From IMG/VR virus record IMGVR_UViG_3300010885_077086, positions 1-64,000 of that record: DNA of 64,000 nt; one strand, 5' to 3'. Each line of letters opens with the position of its first letter. Position 1 is the first letter of the stretch. The DNA is from a virus. Of the stretch, positions 1 to 9,680 are shown piece by piece. Made by a program: the position numbers and the translations under genes. The notes beneath the pieces are model-generated. The model did no database searches, was not told the DNA's origin, and saw nothing but the letters and a program-made list of their open reading frames with translations.

Positions 1-494
1 GAACGTGCCCAATCAATCCATTCCTTTGGAGTAGGATCGAAATCGATCATAAACCAACGGTCAAGAAGAGCTGGATCCATCTCGACAACATCGTAATCAT
101 CATCGGCGTTAACTGCCGCTACAACACGCCAACCATCGGGAAGCTTCTCACCATCGAGGCGACGGTCGAGACAAATCTCGAATACCGCCTGAAGAACATC
201 CTTGCTGGCACGGTTAAGCTCATCGAAGAAGAGAATACCCTTGCTCTGAGGATCGCGAGGCCACCAATAAGGCTTAAGGAAGGTGGTGATACCCTTCTCT
301 GCATCAAGGTGAGGCAGACCCTTGATATCACCAACCTCACACTGAGAAAGGCGAACATCGAAGAAGGAGACACCTTGATCGGCAGCAGCCTGCTTGATTA
401 CAGAGGACTTACCGACACCGTGCTTAGCGCGAAGCATGATGGACTTGTCGATAGGCATTTCACGAAGGACGCGCTTGGTATGAGAGACGTTCAT
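1..494 (-). CDS. MoxR-like AAA+ ATPase (runs off the window edge; missed by the ORF track)
   Basis: Manual translation from ATG 494: MNVSHTKR...AKHGVGKS (Walker A), ILFFDELNRA (Walker B), VVAAVN, MDPALLDRW; GGAG RBS upstream. Confidence 0.9.
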   Translation of the reverse strand, partial: MNVSHTKRVLREMPIDKSIMLRAKHGVGKSSVIKQAAADQGVSFFDVRLSQCEVGDIKGLPHLDAEKGITTFLKPYWWPRDPQSKGILFFDELNRASKDVLQAVFEICLDRRLDGEKLPDGWRVVAAVNADDDYDVVEMDPALLDRWFMIDFDPTPKEWIDWAR

Positions 495-604
495 ATTGTT
501 TTTACTCCAGTTTGTACGATTATTGAGTTAGAACGATTGTTGACGATTGATTGTTGTTGTGGGGCTTTCCCCGTTTGCGTACCGTGGCAACCTCGCCACG
601 CCTA

Positions 605-640
605 CTCTATATCATAGATCGGTGCTATTTTTAGAATTTT
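605..640 (-). promoter_or_regulatory. Putative promoter, near-identical to 9645-9680
   Basis: - strand TAAAAATAGCACCGATCTATGATATAG vs TAAAAATAGCACCGACCTATGGTATAG; extended -10-like TGnTATAG. Confidence 0.6.
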
Positions 641-653
641 TGAGTTTTCCAAT

Positions 654-968
654 CTATCCTTGCTGTGAGCCGACGCTCTCTGCGTTTTGTAGAGCCTCAT
701 TTAAGCTGCCCAACGAAGCGAGAGAGGCTCTTAGCTTAAGGAGATTATCCTTAAGTGACTGAACATCTGGCGACTCAGAATCCCATTGTGCCTTGAATTC
801 CTCATATTCTGCTCTTAGACCATCTGTTGTATTCTCCCCGGTTGTCTGTCTAACGCTAAGAGAAGATACATCTGCTCTTAGTGCCTGAACTTCTGCTTCT
901 ACATTTGATAGCTTTCGGTAAATATCATCTAAAGCATTTCTAAGAAAAAGAAATTGTGAATTGTCCAT
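654..968 (-). CDS. Coiled-coil hypothetical protein
   Basis: 104 aa, heptad pattern, GGAGG RBS. Confidence 0.7.
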   Translation of the reverse strand: MDNSQFLFLRNALDDIYRKLSNVEAEVQALRADVSSLSVRQTTGENTTDGLRAEYEEFKAQWDSESPDVQSLKDNLLKLRASLASLGSLNEALQNAESVGSQQG

Positions 969-1007
969 CCATCCTCCTTTGTTGGCTACCTTGCCGCCAG
1001 CCCCTAT

Positions 1008-1035
1008 AGCTTAACCACCTAGCGGCTAGCGGCAA
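1008..1035 (-). promoter_or_regulatory. sigma70-type early promoter variant
   Basis: TTGCCG-N16-TAAGCT with GGTGG in spacer. Confidence 0.5.
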
Positions 1036-1128
1036 CCTATTTTTTAAATCCAATCTTTTATTTTTCAAATCGGCTTTCTTTTTGCCGTTGAGTCGTTCGC
1101 CTTATGCCTTTCGGCTGGCGACATTAGA

Positions 1129-1156
1129 AATATAGGCACCGAACCGTATTGGTCAA
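1129..1156 (-). promoter_or_regulatory. sigma70-type early promoter
   Basis: TTGACC-N16-TATATT with CGGTGC in spacer. Confidence 0.7.
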
Positions 1157-1174
1157 GTGCCAATATTAAAAACT

Positions 1175-1465
1175 TTAGTCTAAATTCTGAACACCCAATC
1201 CAACGACATGAATCTGATATCCCTTGTTATCTAAAAGCTCAACTTCCTCCTGGTCTTCCCTTCTAACAACAAGAGTCTTTTTCTGTGTAGGCGTAGGATT
1301 TGAAACCTGCTCTTCCTTTATATTTGAAACAGTCTGCTGTGATGCCAATATTGATCTAAGCTCTTCAAGCTGAGAATGAATCTTTTCAAGCTCTTTTGAG
1401 AAAAGACCTATGCCACTTTTTAGCTCTATTACAGACTTTATAGTTGAGTTTATCTGATCATTCAT
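1175..1465 (-). CDS. Hypothetical protein
   Basis: 96 aa, start overlaps the guaB stop. Confidence 0.7.
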   Translation of the reverse strand: MNDQINSTIKSVIELKSGIGLFSKELEKIHSQLEELRSILASQQTVSNIKEEQVSNPTPTQKKTLVVRREDQEEVELLDNKGYQIHVVGLGVQNLD

Positions 1466-2535
1466 TATTCCTTCCTTGTTCCAAAAGCATGAGACTCAAG
1501 GAGTCCAGCGTGAGTTATTCTTACAAACTTAGCATTTCTTCTCAGTTCTTCAAGATTTTTTGCATTAGCATAAGTCATTCCAGACCTTAGACCACCAGCA
1601 AATTCTCCTAGAATTGGAGCAACTGATCCTTTTGCTGGGATTCTTGTTGATACACCCTCTGCACAGGTTAGAGGCTTTAAGCCTCCTCGATGATCTTTCT
1701 GAACTTCTGCTGATGCCATGCCGCGATAGACTTTGTATGTTATGCCGGCATTTTCATCGCGCATCAAGGCTCCCGGAGTTTCATCGGTTGCAGCAAAAAG
1801 ACTTCCGCACATTACAGCGTCAGCACCAGCGGCAATTGCCTTAACAACATCTGATGGATAGCGAATTCCTCCATCTGCTATAATTGCTATCTTTTTATGG
1901 TCATAAACTGCGTTTCTCATATATAAGCACTGCATTATAGAATGAAGGAGTGGTACACCAAATCCTGTCTGAATTCTTGTAGAGCAGATACTTCCTGATC
2001 CTATTCCAACCCTTACAGCATCTACCATTCCTGTATTTGCAAGAAAATGAAATCCCTCTCCAGTAGCAACATTTCCAGCAATTATCTTTATGTCTGGTGC
2101 AATATCCTTTATCTTGCCAAGTCCATCTGCCATATAAGATGAATGACCATTTGCAACATCAACTAAGACTGCATCGAGTGGGGCTGAGTTCCATAGCTCT
2201 TTAAATCTTGATACCTCATCAGTACCGAGTCCAACAGCAACAACCTTTGGAATCTCTTTCTTATTTTCCTGTTCGGCTCTAACAATAGACCTAACGTTAT
2301 CTATCTGCTCTGAGGGAGACATAAAGCGATGTATTACTCCCATACCTCCGGCAAGACCAATTGCTATTGCCATCTTTGATTCTGTTACTGTATCCATTGG
2401 AGAGGCTATCATTGGAAGAGTAAGATTAACTCCTGCAATATTTGTATCTAGTGTTGGAACCGATCTAGATCTTACTTCTGTATAAGTAGGTACTAAAAGT
2501 ACATCATCAAAAGCTAATGCTTCAGTAATATTCAT
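1465..2535 (-). CDS. guaB: IMP dehydrogenase / GMP reductase family, without CBS domains
   Basis: FDDVLLVP, SPMDTVTE, catalytic GSGSICSTR, IIADGGI, YRGMAS, EGV. Confidence 0.9.
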   Translation of the reverse strand: MNITEALAFDDVLLVPTYTEVRSRSVPTLDTNIAGVNLTLPMIASPMDTVTESKMAIAIGLAGGMGVIHRFMSPSEQIDNVRSIVRAEQENKKEIPKVVAVGLGTDEVSRFKELWNSAPLDAVLVDVANGHSSYMADGLGKIKDIAPDIKIIAGNVATGEGFHFLANTGMVDAVRVGIGSGSICSTRIQTGFGVPLLHSIMQCLYMRNAVYDHKKIAIIADGGIRYPSDVVKAIAAGADAVMCGSLFAATDETPGALMRDENAGITYKVYRGMASAEVQKDHRGGLKPLTCAEGVSTRIPAKGSVAPILGEFAGGLRSGMTYANAKNLEELRRNAKFVRITHAGLLESHAFGTRKE

Positions 2536-3076
2536 AGTTATTAAGCTCCTTTAATGAAAATTGTATCTTCTGTGCAAACTCTTCAGATGTCATGCTAGTG
2601 TAATCCTCAAGGCAGTAATAAGAATACCAATGATGGGCTAGCTCATGAGTAATTATTTGAAAATTTATAAACTGAGAGTTCTTTGTCAAAACAATTGAAT
2701 CAACATTTACTTCTTCTATTCTTGGGTCAAAATAGCCTAGCATACCCTCTGTTACAGTCAATTCCTTTGGAACAAGCCCTTCATCGTTTAGCTGATTGTA
2801 GTCAACTTCAAAAAATTCTACTTTCTGCTTTGACTTACATGGAACAATATCTGGCTTTATTTTTCTTATTTCTATCAGGCTTGCAGTAGATGATGCCGTT
2901 ATACCCTTTTTTGTAAGTCCAACCGGATAGCCTGTTTTATTTTGCCTGTGGAAAGAATACTGTATAGAATTTTTTCCATCAATCTTTATAAAATCCTCCT
3001 GAATCCAGTTTTGAAAGCTTAATCCATCAAGTGGATAATATGCTAGCGCAGCAGATATTAATAATGTATATAGCAT
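2522..3076 (-). CDS. Exported zincin-like metallopeptidase (tandem paralog 1)
   Basis: Signal peptide MLYTLLISAALA; GYFDPR; HELAHHW; SEEFA. Confidence 0.65.
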   Translation of the reverse strand: MLYTLLISAALAYYPLDGLSFQNWIQEDFIKIDGKNSIQYSFHRQNKTGYPVGLTKKGITASSTASLIEIRKIKPDIVPCKSKQKVEFFEVDYNQLNDEGLVPKELTVTEGMLGYFDPRIEEVNVDSIVLTKNSQFINFQIITHELAHHWYSYYCLEDYTSMTSEEFAQKIQFSLKELNNYEYY

Positions 3077-3624
3077 TATTTTATCTTTACCCTCTCTTGT
3101 ATTTTAACTGCAAACTCTTCTGAATCTAAATTTGTAAATCTTTCAAGACAGAATTCAGAGTACCAGTGGTGTGCTATCTCATGGACCATAACTCTATAGT
3201 TAGATTTATCTGCATGAGGAGTAATTACTATTGCATTGTAGCCTGGCTCTGCTGGCCTTGGATCAAAATAACCCCAGAGAGAATCTCTTCCTGTATTACC
3301 ACCGCCTACATACTGTGATGGGAATCTGGAAGAATCATTTAGCTGATTTTCTGAAATTTCATATATTTCAATAAAATCATCTTTTCCACATTTCTTATCA
3401 ATTGCCCCTAATGACCGGATTTCCCTGAATGAAGCCAATGTTGATGCATAAATTGCGCCATAAATTAGCATATCATCATAACTAGAGTTAGCTTGTCTAT
3501 AAATTCTATATCTTAGATTTATATTGTGATAAAAATTATATTCTTCTATCTCTGATGTGTTTGGAAAGTTAATGCCTTCAACCGGTTCATAAGCTAGAGC
3601 AAATCCGGCCATTAGAAGAAACAT
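3076..3624 (-). CDS. Exported zincin-like metallopeptidase (tandem paralog 2)
   Basis: Signal peptide MFLLMAGFALA; GYFDPR; HEIAHHW; SEEFA. Confidence 0.65.
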   Translation of the reverse strand: MFLLMAGFALAYEPVEGINFPNTSEIEEYNFYHNINLRYRIYRQANSSYDDMLIYGAIYASTLASFREIRSLGAIDKKCGKDDFIEIYEISENQLNDSSRFPSQYVGGGNTGRDSLWGYFDPRPAEPGYNAIVITPHADKSNYRVMVHEIAHHWYSEFCLERFTNLDSEEFAVKIQERVKIK

Positions 3625-3627
3625 TTT

Positions 3628-3807
3628 TTACTCCTGGTCTTCTCTCTGTGTTCTAGAATCTCTGCCTTGTGGCTCGTGTGATTCAGATCGAATCTCTACA
3701 ACTAGATTGCTATTGCACTGTATCCATCCAATCTCCTCTTTTGTAAGGCCATCGTGATACCATACTGTCTTTGTTTCTTTGTTAGTTACTCGGATGTTGT
3801 ATCTCAT
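3628..3807 (-). CDS. Small hypothetical protein (59 aa, below track cutoff)
   Basis: MRYNIRVTNKETKTVWYHDGLTKEEIGW...; fills the gap; GGAG RBS. Confidence 0.6.
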   Translation of the reverse strand: MRYNIRVTNKETKTVWYHDGLTKEEIGWIQCNSNLVVEIRSESHEPQGRDSRTQREDQE

Positions 3808-4532
3808 TTTTCTCCTAAATTACTCATTCTTTTCTGAAGGATTGAATTAATGAAGCTTTCTTTTAGATGCCTACTTCCTAGCATCATTGGAATTTTTGAC
3901 TTATCAACCTTTTTCAATACAGAATAAAAAACCCATTTTGATCTATCATGGATCATGTTTTCTAATATTGGATTACTATGCGGTAAAACCAAGCATATTG
4001 AGGCCCTAATCTTTGCCGACTTATCCTTCGACATTTCTTCGGCGCAGGATAGCATCCCCTTTCTATGGTACGCTTCCATGCGGACTTTATCAGAGGGATC
4101 TTTTAAAAATCTTTCTACTTCTTCTGAGGGGCAAACTTTTAGGTACTCTACCTTGGCAACATTGTCATAGTCTTTAAAAACAGATGGATCTATTTTATCA
4201 ACGTATAGTCCGCCTGATATTACAGATTGCTTATATGGAAAGAGATTGCTTTTCTTATCAGCAGATAAAATCTCTGTAGCCAATTCTGGATGAAGTGAGA
4301 CACCGTGAAGAACTACCGCCCTAAAAGCATAGGCAGATCCTGTCTTTGCTGAAATAAATCTAGAAAAAGATTTATCGGTAAAGAGAGTTAGGCACTCATC
4401 TTTTGAAATATCAAAAGAGTTCCATATAGACCAACCAACTCCAATTGGGTATTTTGAACCCTTTGGGGTTAGGCTGGTTATATATCTTGATATTTTTTCT
4501 TTTAAATCTCTTGATTTATATTCATTGCCCAT
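3804..4532 (-). CDS. HEAT-repeat-like protein, paralog of 31825-32670
   Basis: DPSDKVR / DKSAKIR / DRSKWVF repeats; IPMMLGS. Confidence 0.65.
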   Translation of the reverse strand: MGNEYKSRDLKEKISRYITSLTPKGSKYPIGVGWSIWNSFDISKDECLTLFTDKSFSRFISAKTGSAYAFRAVVLHGVSLHPELATEILSADKKSNLFPYKQSVISGGLYVDKIDPSVFKDYDNVAKVEYLKVCPSEEVERFLKDPSDKVRMEAYHRKGMLSCAEEMSKDKSAKIRASICLVLPHSNPILENMIHDRSKWVFYSVLKKVDKSKIPMMLGSRHLKESFINSILQKRMSNLGEK

Positions 4533-5355
4533 TTAGTTCCTTAAGATCTTTAACCTTAAAACCGGAAGCCGCCTTATGGCCCCCTCCTCCAAATTTTACC
4601 GCAATTGCAGAAACGTCAAAATCTTTTTCCTTTCCACATCTAATTGAGAAAACATAGCCGTCTCCATCAAAATAATATGCTAGGCCATATTTTGTGCCAG
4701 CTTCCTCGGCAACTCTTTGTGCTAGCTCAGACTGATATAATGGAGAATTTACTGCTGGAATTTCTTCTCCAAAAACAGTTAGAGTATGTCTTTTGGCATA
4801 AATTTCTTTTATTTTCTTTTCTCTTTGACGAAGAAGTGCTGAGCCTTCCTCTAGAAACTCTGAGAACTTTTGATCATCCATCAGCCTAGCATTTAGCTCT
4901 TCCCATAGTCTAAAAGAATAATCATAACTATCTATTACTGCTAGAATTTCCTTTGCAAATGGCATCTGCCACTTCCAGAGATCTTGATCTTCTATATATT
5001 TTAGAAGTATTGGAGGCTCTTTGTTTAGACCATTGCAATAATACCAAGAGAGTATTGATCCGCAATGAGACATATCAAAGTGACAAAAATCTAAATCTTT
5101 TAAAGCTTCTTCTGCAGTTTTGTGATGATCTATTACTGTTATAGATCTATTCTTTTCTTTTAGGCCCAAAAGGATTTCTTTTGAGTATGAGAAATCTGCT
5201 ATCCAAATATCCTTATCTTCTAATCCTTCTGGTGGTGGAGATCCGTGGGATACAGGAATATAAGTCATTTCCTCTCCCCATTTCTTCTCAAAGCACCAAC
5301 GAGATCCATAACCATCTGGGCAGTTTTTGTGATATAGTAAAACTTTGTCTTTCAT
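4522..5355 (-). CDS. DHH/DHHA1 family phosphoesterase
   Basis: YHKNCPDG, ADFS, IDHH, GGGGHKAASG. Confidence 0.9.
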   Translation of the reverse strand: MKDKVLLYHKNCPDGYGSRWCFEKKWGEEMTYIPVSHGSPPPEGLEDKDIWIADFSYSKEILLGLKEKNRSITVIDHHKTAEEALKDLDFCHFDMSHCGSILSWYYCNGLNKEPPILLKYIEDQDLWKWQMPFAKEILAVIDSYDYSFRLWEELNARLMDDQKFSEFLEEGSALLRQREKKIKEIYAKRHTLTVFGEEIPAVNSPLYQSELAQRVAEEAGTKYGLAYYFDGDGYVFSIRCGKEKDFDVSAIAVKFGGGGHKAASGFKVKDLKELNGQ

Positions 5356-5362
5356 ATTAAAC

Positions 5363-6424
5363 CTAAATTGTTAATCCTTCTACAACCTCTGGTGAAGAAG
5401 AATAATAGATTCTCTCTAACTCTGGGCACTCTATATTTAGTCTTACGCTAATAAAATTTTTCATTTTCTCAAGAGATTCAAATGCTATCAATTCATTTCT
5501 GTAGAATAGCTTGAAAACTCCTGCTTCCTCTAAGACATCGCACTTTGAAACAACTAGATTGTTTCCTCCGCCAGTATTTAATGCAAAGATTACGCGATCA
5601 AGATTAAGATAGTTTACCTTACGGCGGCGACCAGTAGTTACTCCAAACTCTTGACCGATCTCTCCAATTCTTGATAATTCTGGATTATCAAAAAGTGACT
5701 CTGGAAATAGTGAATCTTCTCCAGAACGAGTCTCATAAATCTTTGCTACAGCATAAATATTATTTATTTTCTTTGGAGAAAATCCAACGGAGCAAGCGGC
5801 ATATGGCAGTGTCTCACTGCTAGTTACATATGGATAATTTCCCCAATTTATATCAAGATAAAATCCCTGAGCACCTTCGCAAAGTATGTTGCCATAGAGT
5901 CTGCCGTCAAATAGGTAGCTCTTCCAGAAAGAATCTTTTGCCGCAACATCTTTAAACTGAGTTCCTACTCTGGCATACTTATCAGAGTATGCTGGAGCAA
6001 TTCCTCTAGAGGTTGTTCCAAGCTTTCCTGCAAGATTCTTTTTGTCAAAGTCAATATGATCTGAGGTTACAATGTGTGCCATTGGAGAGATTCTAACTAG
6101 GGAGCTATCAAATCCATTTTCTTCTAAATAAGAAAGCTCTTCCTTTAGCGACTCAAGATTTAAGACACAACCTGGTCCTATTAAAGACTTAATTCCATGA
6201 AATACTCCGGATGGAACAAGGTGTGTTTTATACTTCTTATCTCCAACATAAACTGTGTGCCCAGCGTTTGCTCCTCCTCCCCATCTTACTACAAACTCAT
6301 AGTGATTAAAGAGTCCTGTAGCGCGACTTTTCTGAGAAGAAAGATAGGCTGAAACCTTACCCTTTCCACTGTCACCGGCTTGTACGTCATATATAATATC
6401 AGCGGAAATAACTTCGTGGCCCAT
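5363..6424 (-). CDS. purA: Adenylosuccinate synthetase (short form)
   Basis: GDSGKGK, GGANAGHT, EGAQG, YPYVTSS, EFGVTTGRRR, SKCD. Confidence 0.9.
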   Translation of the reverse strand: MGHEVISADIIYDVQAGDSGKGKVSAYLSSQKSRATGLFNHYEFVVRWGGGANAGHTVYVGDKKYKTHLVPSGVFHGIKSLIGPGCVLNLESLKEELSYLEENGFDSSLVRISPMAHIVTSDHIDFDKKNLAGKLGTTSRGIAPAYSDKYARVGTQFKDVAAKDSFWKSYLFDGRLYGNILCEGAQGFYLDINWGNYPYVTSSETLPYAACSVGFSPKKINNIYAVAKIYETRSGEDSLFPESLFDNPELSRIGEIGQEFGVTTGRRRKVNYLNLDRVIFALNTGGGNNLVVSKCDVLEEAGVFKLFYRNELIAFESLEKMKNFISVRLNIECPELERIYYSSSPEVVEGLTI

Positions 6425-6452
6425 TTGCCCTCCGTAGCAATTATACCGATTG

Positions 6453-6731
6453 CTACTCAGCTGCCTTGCGGCTCGCTTTCTTTTTTCTTCTCATTTTTAA
6501 GAGGTACTGAAAATACTTTGCAGCAGCTGGATCTTCTTCATATCCAGCATCCTCTGGAACCTCATGCCTTTTCTTTACTATGGGTAGAGCATTTTCGTTG
6601 TGATCGTCTGAAAATTCTTTTCCAAAGAATCTGTTTGATATTGCGGAATTTGCGGGGTCAACACCAGTCCTATTTTCATATGGTGCTCCAGGTATTGCAA
6701 TATCATTTAGTCCTAAGGCAGTTTTTTTCAT
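6453..6731 (-). CDS. Hypothetical protein (KTA motif, basic tail)
   Basis: 92 aa, overlaps upstream stop. Confidence 0.6.
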   Translation of the reverse strand: MKKTALGLNDIAIPGAPYENRTGVDPANSAISNRFFGKEFSDDHNENALPIVKKRHEVPEDAGYEEDPAAAKYFQYLLKMRRKKKASRKAAE

Positions 6732-7408
6732 TTTGAGAAAAGCTTTTCTAAGTCCTTCTTAAGAATGTCCAAATCTCTATTTGCCATTTTCTTTGGAAGA
6801 GCTTTTTCTTCTTGTTCTTTTGGAAGAAGTGATGCAATACGATAAACATCCTTAACGAAAGATGTTTCGCCAAGATCATCTAGCTTTGATGCTAGCTTCT
6901 TTAGCTCTAGCTTTGGATCTACACTTGAATTAACCTTAAAACTCTGCATGGCCCTATCTGCCTCCCCTTCTGCAAATTCTTCTGACTGCAATTTACCTGT
7001 ATCCCTAAAACCTTTCTTGTGACCTTTTTCATGAGAAAAAATATGTAACATTGATGATAACAAAATAATAATAGTATTTATTTTTGGATTATTATCTAAG
7101 TTTGAAAGATCTAAAGAAGAAAGCTCATTTGGATCAAGTTTTTGATTTCTCATTTCTTCTTGGATTGCTTTTTCTATTGCAGGCAAAACAAGATGAATAT
7201 CATCGCTCTTTTTTGGATCTGGATCATTTGTAACATATGCTAAGGCATTTGGATTATCACTTGGTGGTGAATTTTCAATAATAATCTTATCTATTGCTGG
7301 AAGTTCAGACTGTGGATTGAACTTAATCTTTCCACCACCGCCAGATCTTAGTAGTTCCAGAATTCTGTTTATTTTTGATTGATCTAAAAATCCAGCTCTT
7401 TTTATCAT
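6728..7408 (-). CDS. HExxH protein, probable virion zincin-like
   Basis: HEKGH...SEEFA; C-terminal KKLASKLDDLG helix. Confidence 0.55.
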   Translation of the reverse strand: MIKRAGFLDQSKINRILELLRSGGGGKIKFNPQSELPAIDKIIIENSPPSDNPNALAYVTNDPDPKKSDDIHLVLPAIEKAIQEEMRNQKLDPNELSSLDLSNLDNNPKINTIIILLSSMLHIFSHEKGHKKGFRDTGKLQSEEFAEGEADRAMQSFKVNSSVDPKLELKKLASKLDDLGETSFVKDVYRIASLLPKEQEEKALPKKMANRDLDILKKDLEKLFSK

Positions 7409-8193
7409 CTTAGGTAATCTCCACTACGAGTCCTTTCGCCTTTTCCAAGTCTTGATGGAGTCCAATCTGCCTTGACTGAACTTTCTCTGTATTTCTTTAT
7501 TCTTTCTGATAGCCACTGACCCTGAACAGAAACTATATCGCAATATTGTTCGCTAATAATAGTTACAAAAAACTGATTTGAACCAAATGTACGAATCTCC
7601 ATAACATTTTCAGATTTAGAAGGATTCTTCCAAACATGATTTATTTTATTAGCACTTTTTGCATAAAGATCAGCAATATATTTGCTAAGCTCAAGGATAC
7701 CTGCATTTTCAAAAGTCTTTATTGTATTTGGGGGAAAGGCCATTGTTTTATAGTCTTGTTTAAAAATCTTTCTAACGGTTGTATTTACCCTTATTTCTTT
7801 TCCACGAGCAGGATCTGTTATGCCAGTTGATACTCTTGATCCAAATTCTGGAGCAGGAGGACCCTCTTTAATTGATTCTTTTACTGAAATAAGTCTATTT
7901 TCTGAATCAGCTGCTATACAAATATAATATATTCCAAAAGATTTTGATTTGTATATTATTCCAAGCTCTCTTTTTTTACCAGAAGTTGAACTTGATCCTG
8001 GAATAAATGTTTTTACATTTTCAGAATTAGCAACATCACTTGCTATAATATTATTTAACTCATCATTATTTGTACCTGAAAAGTCTTTTGCAAATTTTTC
8101 TCTAAAAAACATTCTTGGTCCGGTAGAAATATGTATTTTTCTTCCTGACTCATCTGAGAAATCTGTAGGATCTATTGAAGCTAGCTTTTGCAT
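7405..8193 (-). CDS. Hypothetical protein with internal two-domain duplication
   Basis: DESGRKIHISTGPRMFF vs DPARGKEIRVNTTVRKIF. Confidence 0.6.
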   Translation of the reverse strand: MQKLASIDPTDFSDESGRKIHISTGPRMFFREKFAKDFSGTNNDELNNIIASDVANSENVKTFIPGSSSTSGKKRELGIIYKSKSFGIYYICIAADSENRLISVKESIKEGPPAPEFGSRVSTGITDPARGKEIRVNTTVRKIFKQDYKTMAFPPNTIKTFENAGILELSKYIADLYAKSANKINHVWKNPSKSENVMEIRTFGSNQFFVTIISEQYCDIVSVQGQWLSERIKKYRESSVKADWTPSRLGKGERTRSGDYLR

Positions 8194-8200
8194 GGATAAT

Positions 8201-8229
8201 AAAAAAGGCCCCTACTAAGAGGAGCCTTT
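8201..8229 (-). terminator. Putative rho-independent terminator
   Basis: Imperfect AAAGGC/GCCTTT stem plus U-tract on - strand. Confidence 0.5.
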
Positions 8230-8242
8230 ATTACCAGATATT

Positions 8243-8503
8243 TTAAAGTTCAACCATCATGGCTACCAACTTTAGAAGATCGTCCATATTTTCAATCTTC
8301 ATCTTCTTTGGTGGCTTCTCGTATCCAAGCCGAATATTCTGAATCTCTGGAGTTGAGATAAGATTCTTTACCGCCGATTCTCGAACTGCCTGAATTGCAC
8401 CTTCAAATGAGAAGAGAAATAGATCTCGGGACTCGTCTGGAATCTTGAAGGAAACAAAATGATTTGTATGAAGTGGGGACTGTAGATAAAGAAAGTCAGA
8501 CAT
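8243..8503 (-). CDS. Hypothetical protein
   Basis: 86 aa, coupled to upstream gene. Confidence 0.65.
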   Translation of the reverse strand: MSDFLYLQSPLHTNHFVSFKIPDESRDLFLFSFEGAIQAVRESAVKNLISTPEIQNIRLGYEKPPKKMKIENMDDLLKLVAMMVEL

Positions 8504-9377
8504 TTTTTGACTCCTGCATACGGTTGACTACAATGTTTCTTACACCTAGATCTTGGCAGACTGCCATAAATGGAAGATACTCTACGGGAATAGTATTTGC
8601 AAGATGTGATGCAACGCCAATATGTTTGGTATCCATGACTTGACTCAATACCTCTGCTGCATTTTTAAATTTGCCAATATTTGCAGCAATAGCACGAATT
8701 CCCTTTTCTGAAGCCTCAGCAGAAGAGTCGGATCTAATCTTTCTTGCTGCCTTTGCAGTTAGCGTTCCTGTTGACGCTAGTGCAACAAAGATTTCACCTC
8801 TAAATGGGTGAGATACCTTCGATGTAAACTCAGTATCCTCTACCGCACTAATCATTCCTGCGGTAGACCTTCTTGCAATAGCGTGAAGAAGCTCCACATC
8901 AAGAGGATTTATGTAAGAGTTTTTATTTCTATAGTATCTCTCTCTATAGATTTTTTCTGGATCTGAATTACCCGTTATAAAGCCAGCCTCAATAATACCA
9001 ACAAAATCTGCTGGTGGACGCTGCCAATAAGAGGAGTAAGAGCCACTAGCAATAAGCTGATTTAGAACCTTGCCATTAGAATTGATCCACTTATTAAAAC
9101 CCGAATACTCTGTTAGGCTTAAATTATTTTGAATAGAGTATGCAAAGATGTTTGAAACAAGCTCTCCCCAAACATCCTTATTCATTGGAGCAAAGTCTGC
9201 AAACAAAATTTCATCGACTGCACCAGTCGTAATCATTTCTGTTCTAAGATTTTCTAGTCCAAAAAAAGCAGAAGAACGCCTATTATGAGCAAAAATATCA
9301 TAGAGAGCATCAACCAAAAGCTGATTTGCCTTTGCAATACCCCAACTATCTGACGTAATCTTTAGAAGGTTCTTCAT
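8496..9377 (-). CDS. Alpha-helical (HEAT-like) hypothetical protein
   Basis: 293 aa; KAARKIRSDSS...YLPFM tail resembles other HEAT-like ORFs here. Confidence 0.55.
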   Translation of the reverse strand: MKNLLKITSDSWGIAKANQLLVDALYDIFAHNRRSSAFFGLENLRTEMITTGAVDEILFADFAPMNKDVWGELVSNIFAYSIQNNLSLTEYSGFNKWINSNGKVLNQLIASGSYSSYWQRPPADFVGIIEAGFITGNSDPEKIYRERYYRNKNSYINPLDVELLHAIARRSTAGMISAVEDTEFTSKVSHPFRGEIFVALASTGTLTAKAARKIRSDSSAEASEKGIRAIAANIGKFKNAAEVLSQVMDTKHIGVASHLANTIPVEYLPFMAVCQDLGVRNIVVNRMQESKNV

Positions 9378-9602
9378 TTACTCTACCTTTTGATGGGACT
9401 TGATCCAAGAAAGAAGTTCATCTTGGTGAGAATTGATGACTTGAAGCTTTGTCTGATCTGAAAAACTACCCCAGAAATCTGCCAAGTCTCCTAGCGGAAG
9501 TGAGCAGAAACCCTTTAGAATTCCTGTATCACGGTGAGGAGACTGAGCAAGACCATTGATTGCGACTGTAATTAGCTGGTTAAAGATCTCTTCTTTTGTC
9601 AT
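9378..9602 (-). CDS. Hypothetical protein
   Basis: 74 aa, AGGAG RBS. Confidence 0.65.
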   Translation of the reverse strand: MTKEEIFNQLITVAINGLAQSPHRDTGILKGFCSLPLGDLADFWGSFSDQTKLQVINSHQDELLSWIKSHQKVE

Positions 9603-9644
9603 TATACACTCCTGCTATAAAGCGCAGGGGATACCTGCGCTATT

Positions 9645-9680
9645 CCTATACCATAGGTCGGTGCTATTTTTAGATTTTTT
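9645..9680 (-). promoter_or_regulatory. Putative promoter, copy of 605-640
   Basis: TAAAAATAGCACCGACCTATGGTATAG followed by hairpin AGCGCAGG/CCTGCGCT. Confidence 0.6.

Noticed and set aside
119-762. Track ORFs 119-373, 309-617 and 547-762
   Set aside because: Shadows of the real AAA ATPase frame and its promoter.
5363-6424. PurZ (2-aminoadenine genome) pathway
   Set aside because: The catalytic Asp is retained (GDSGKGK, where PurZ has Ser) and no DatZ/MazZ neighbours are seen; called PurA.
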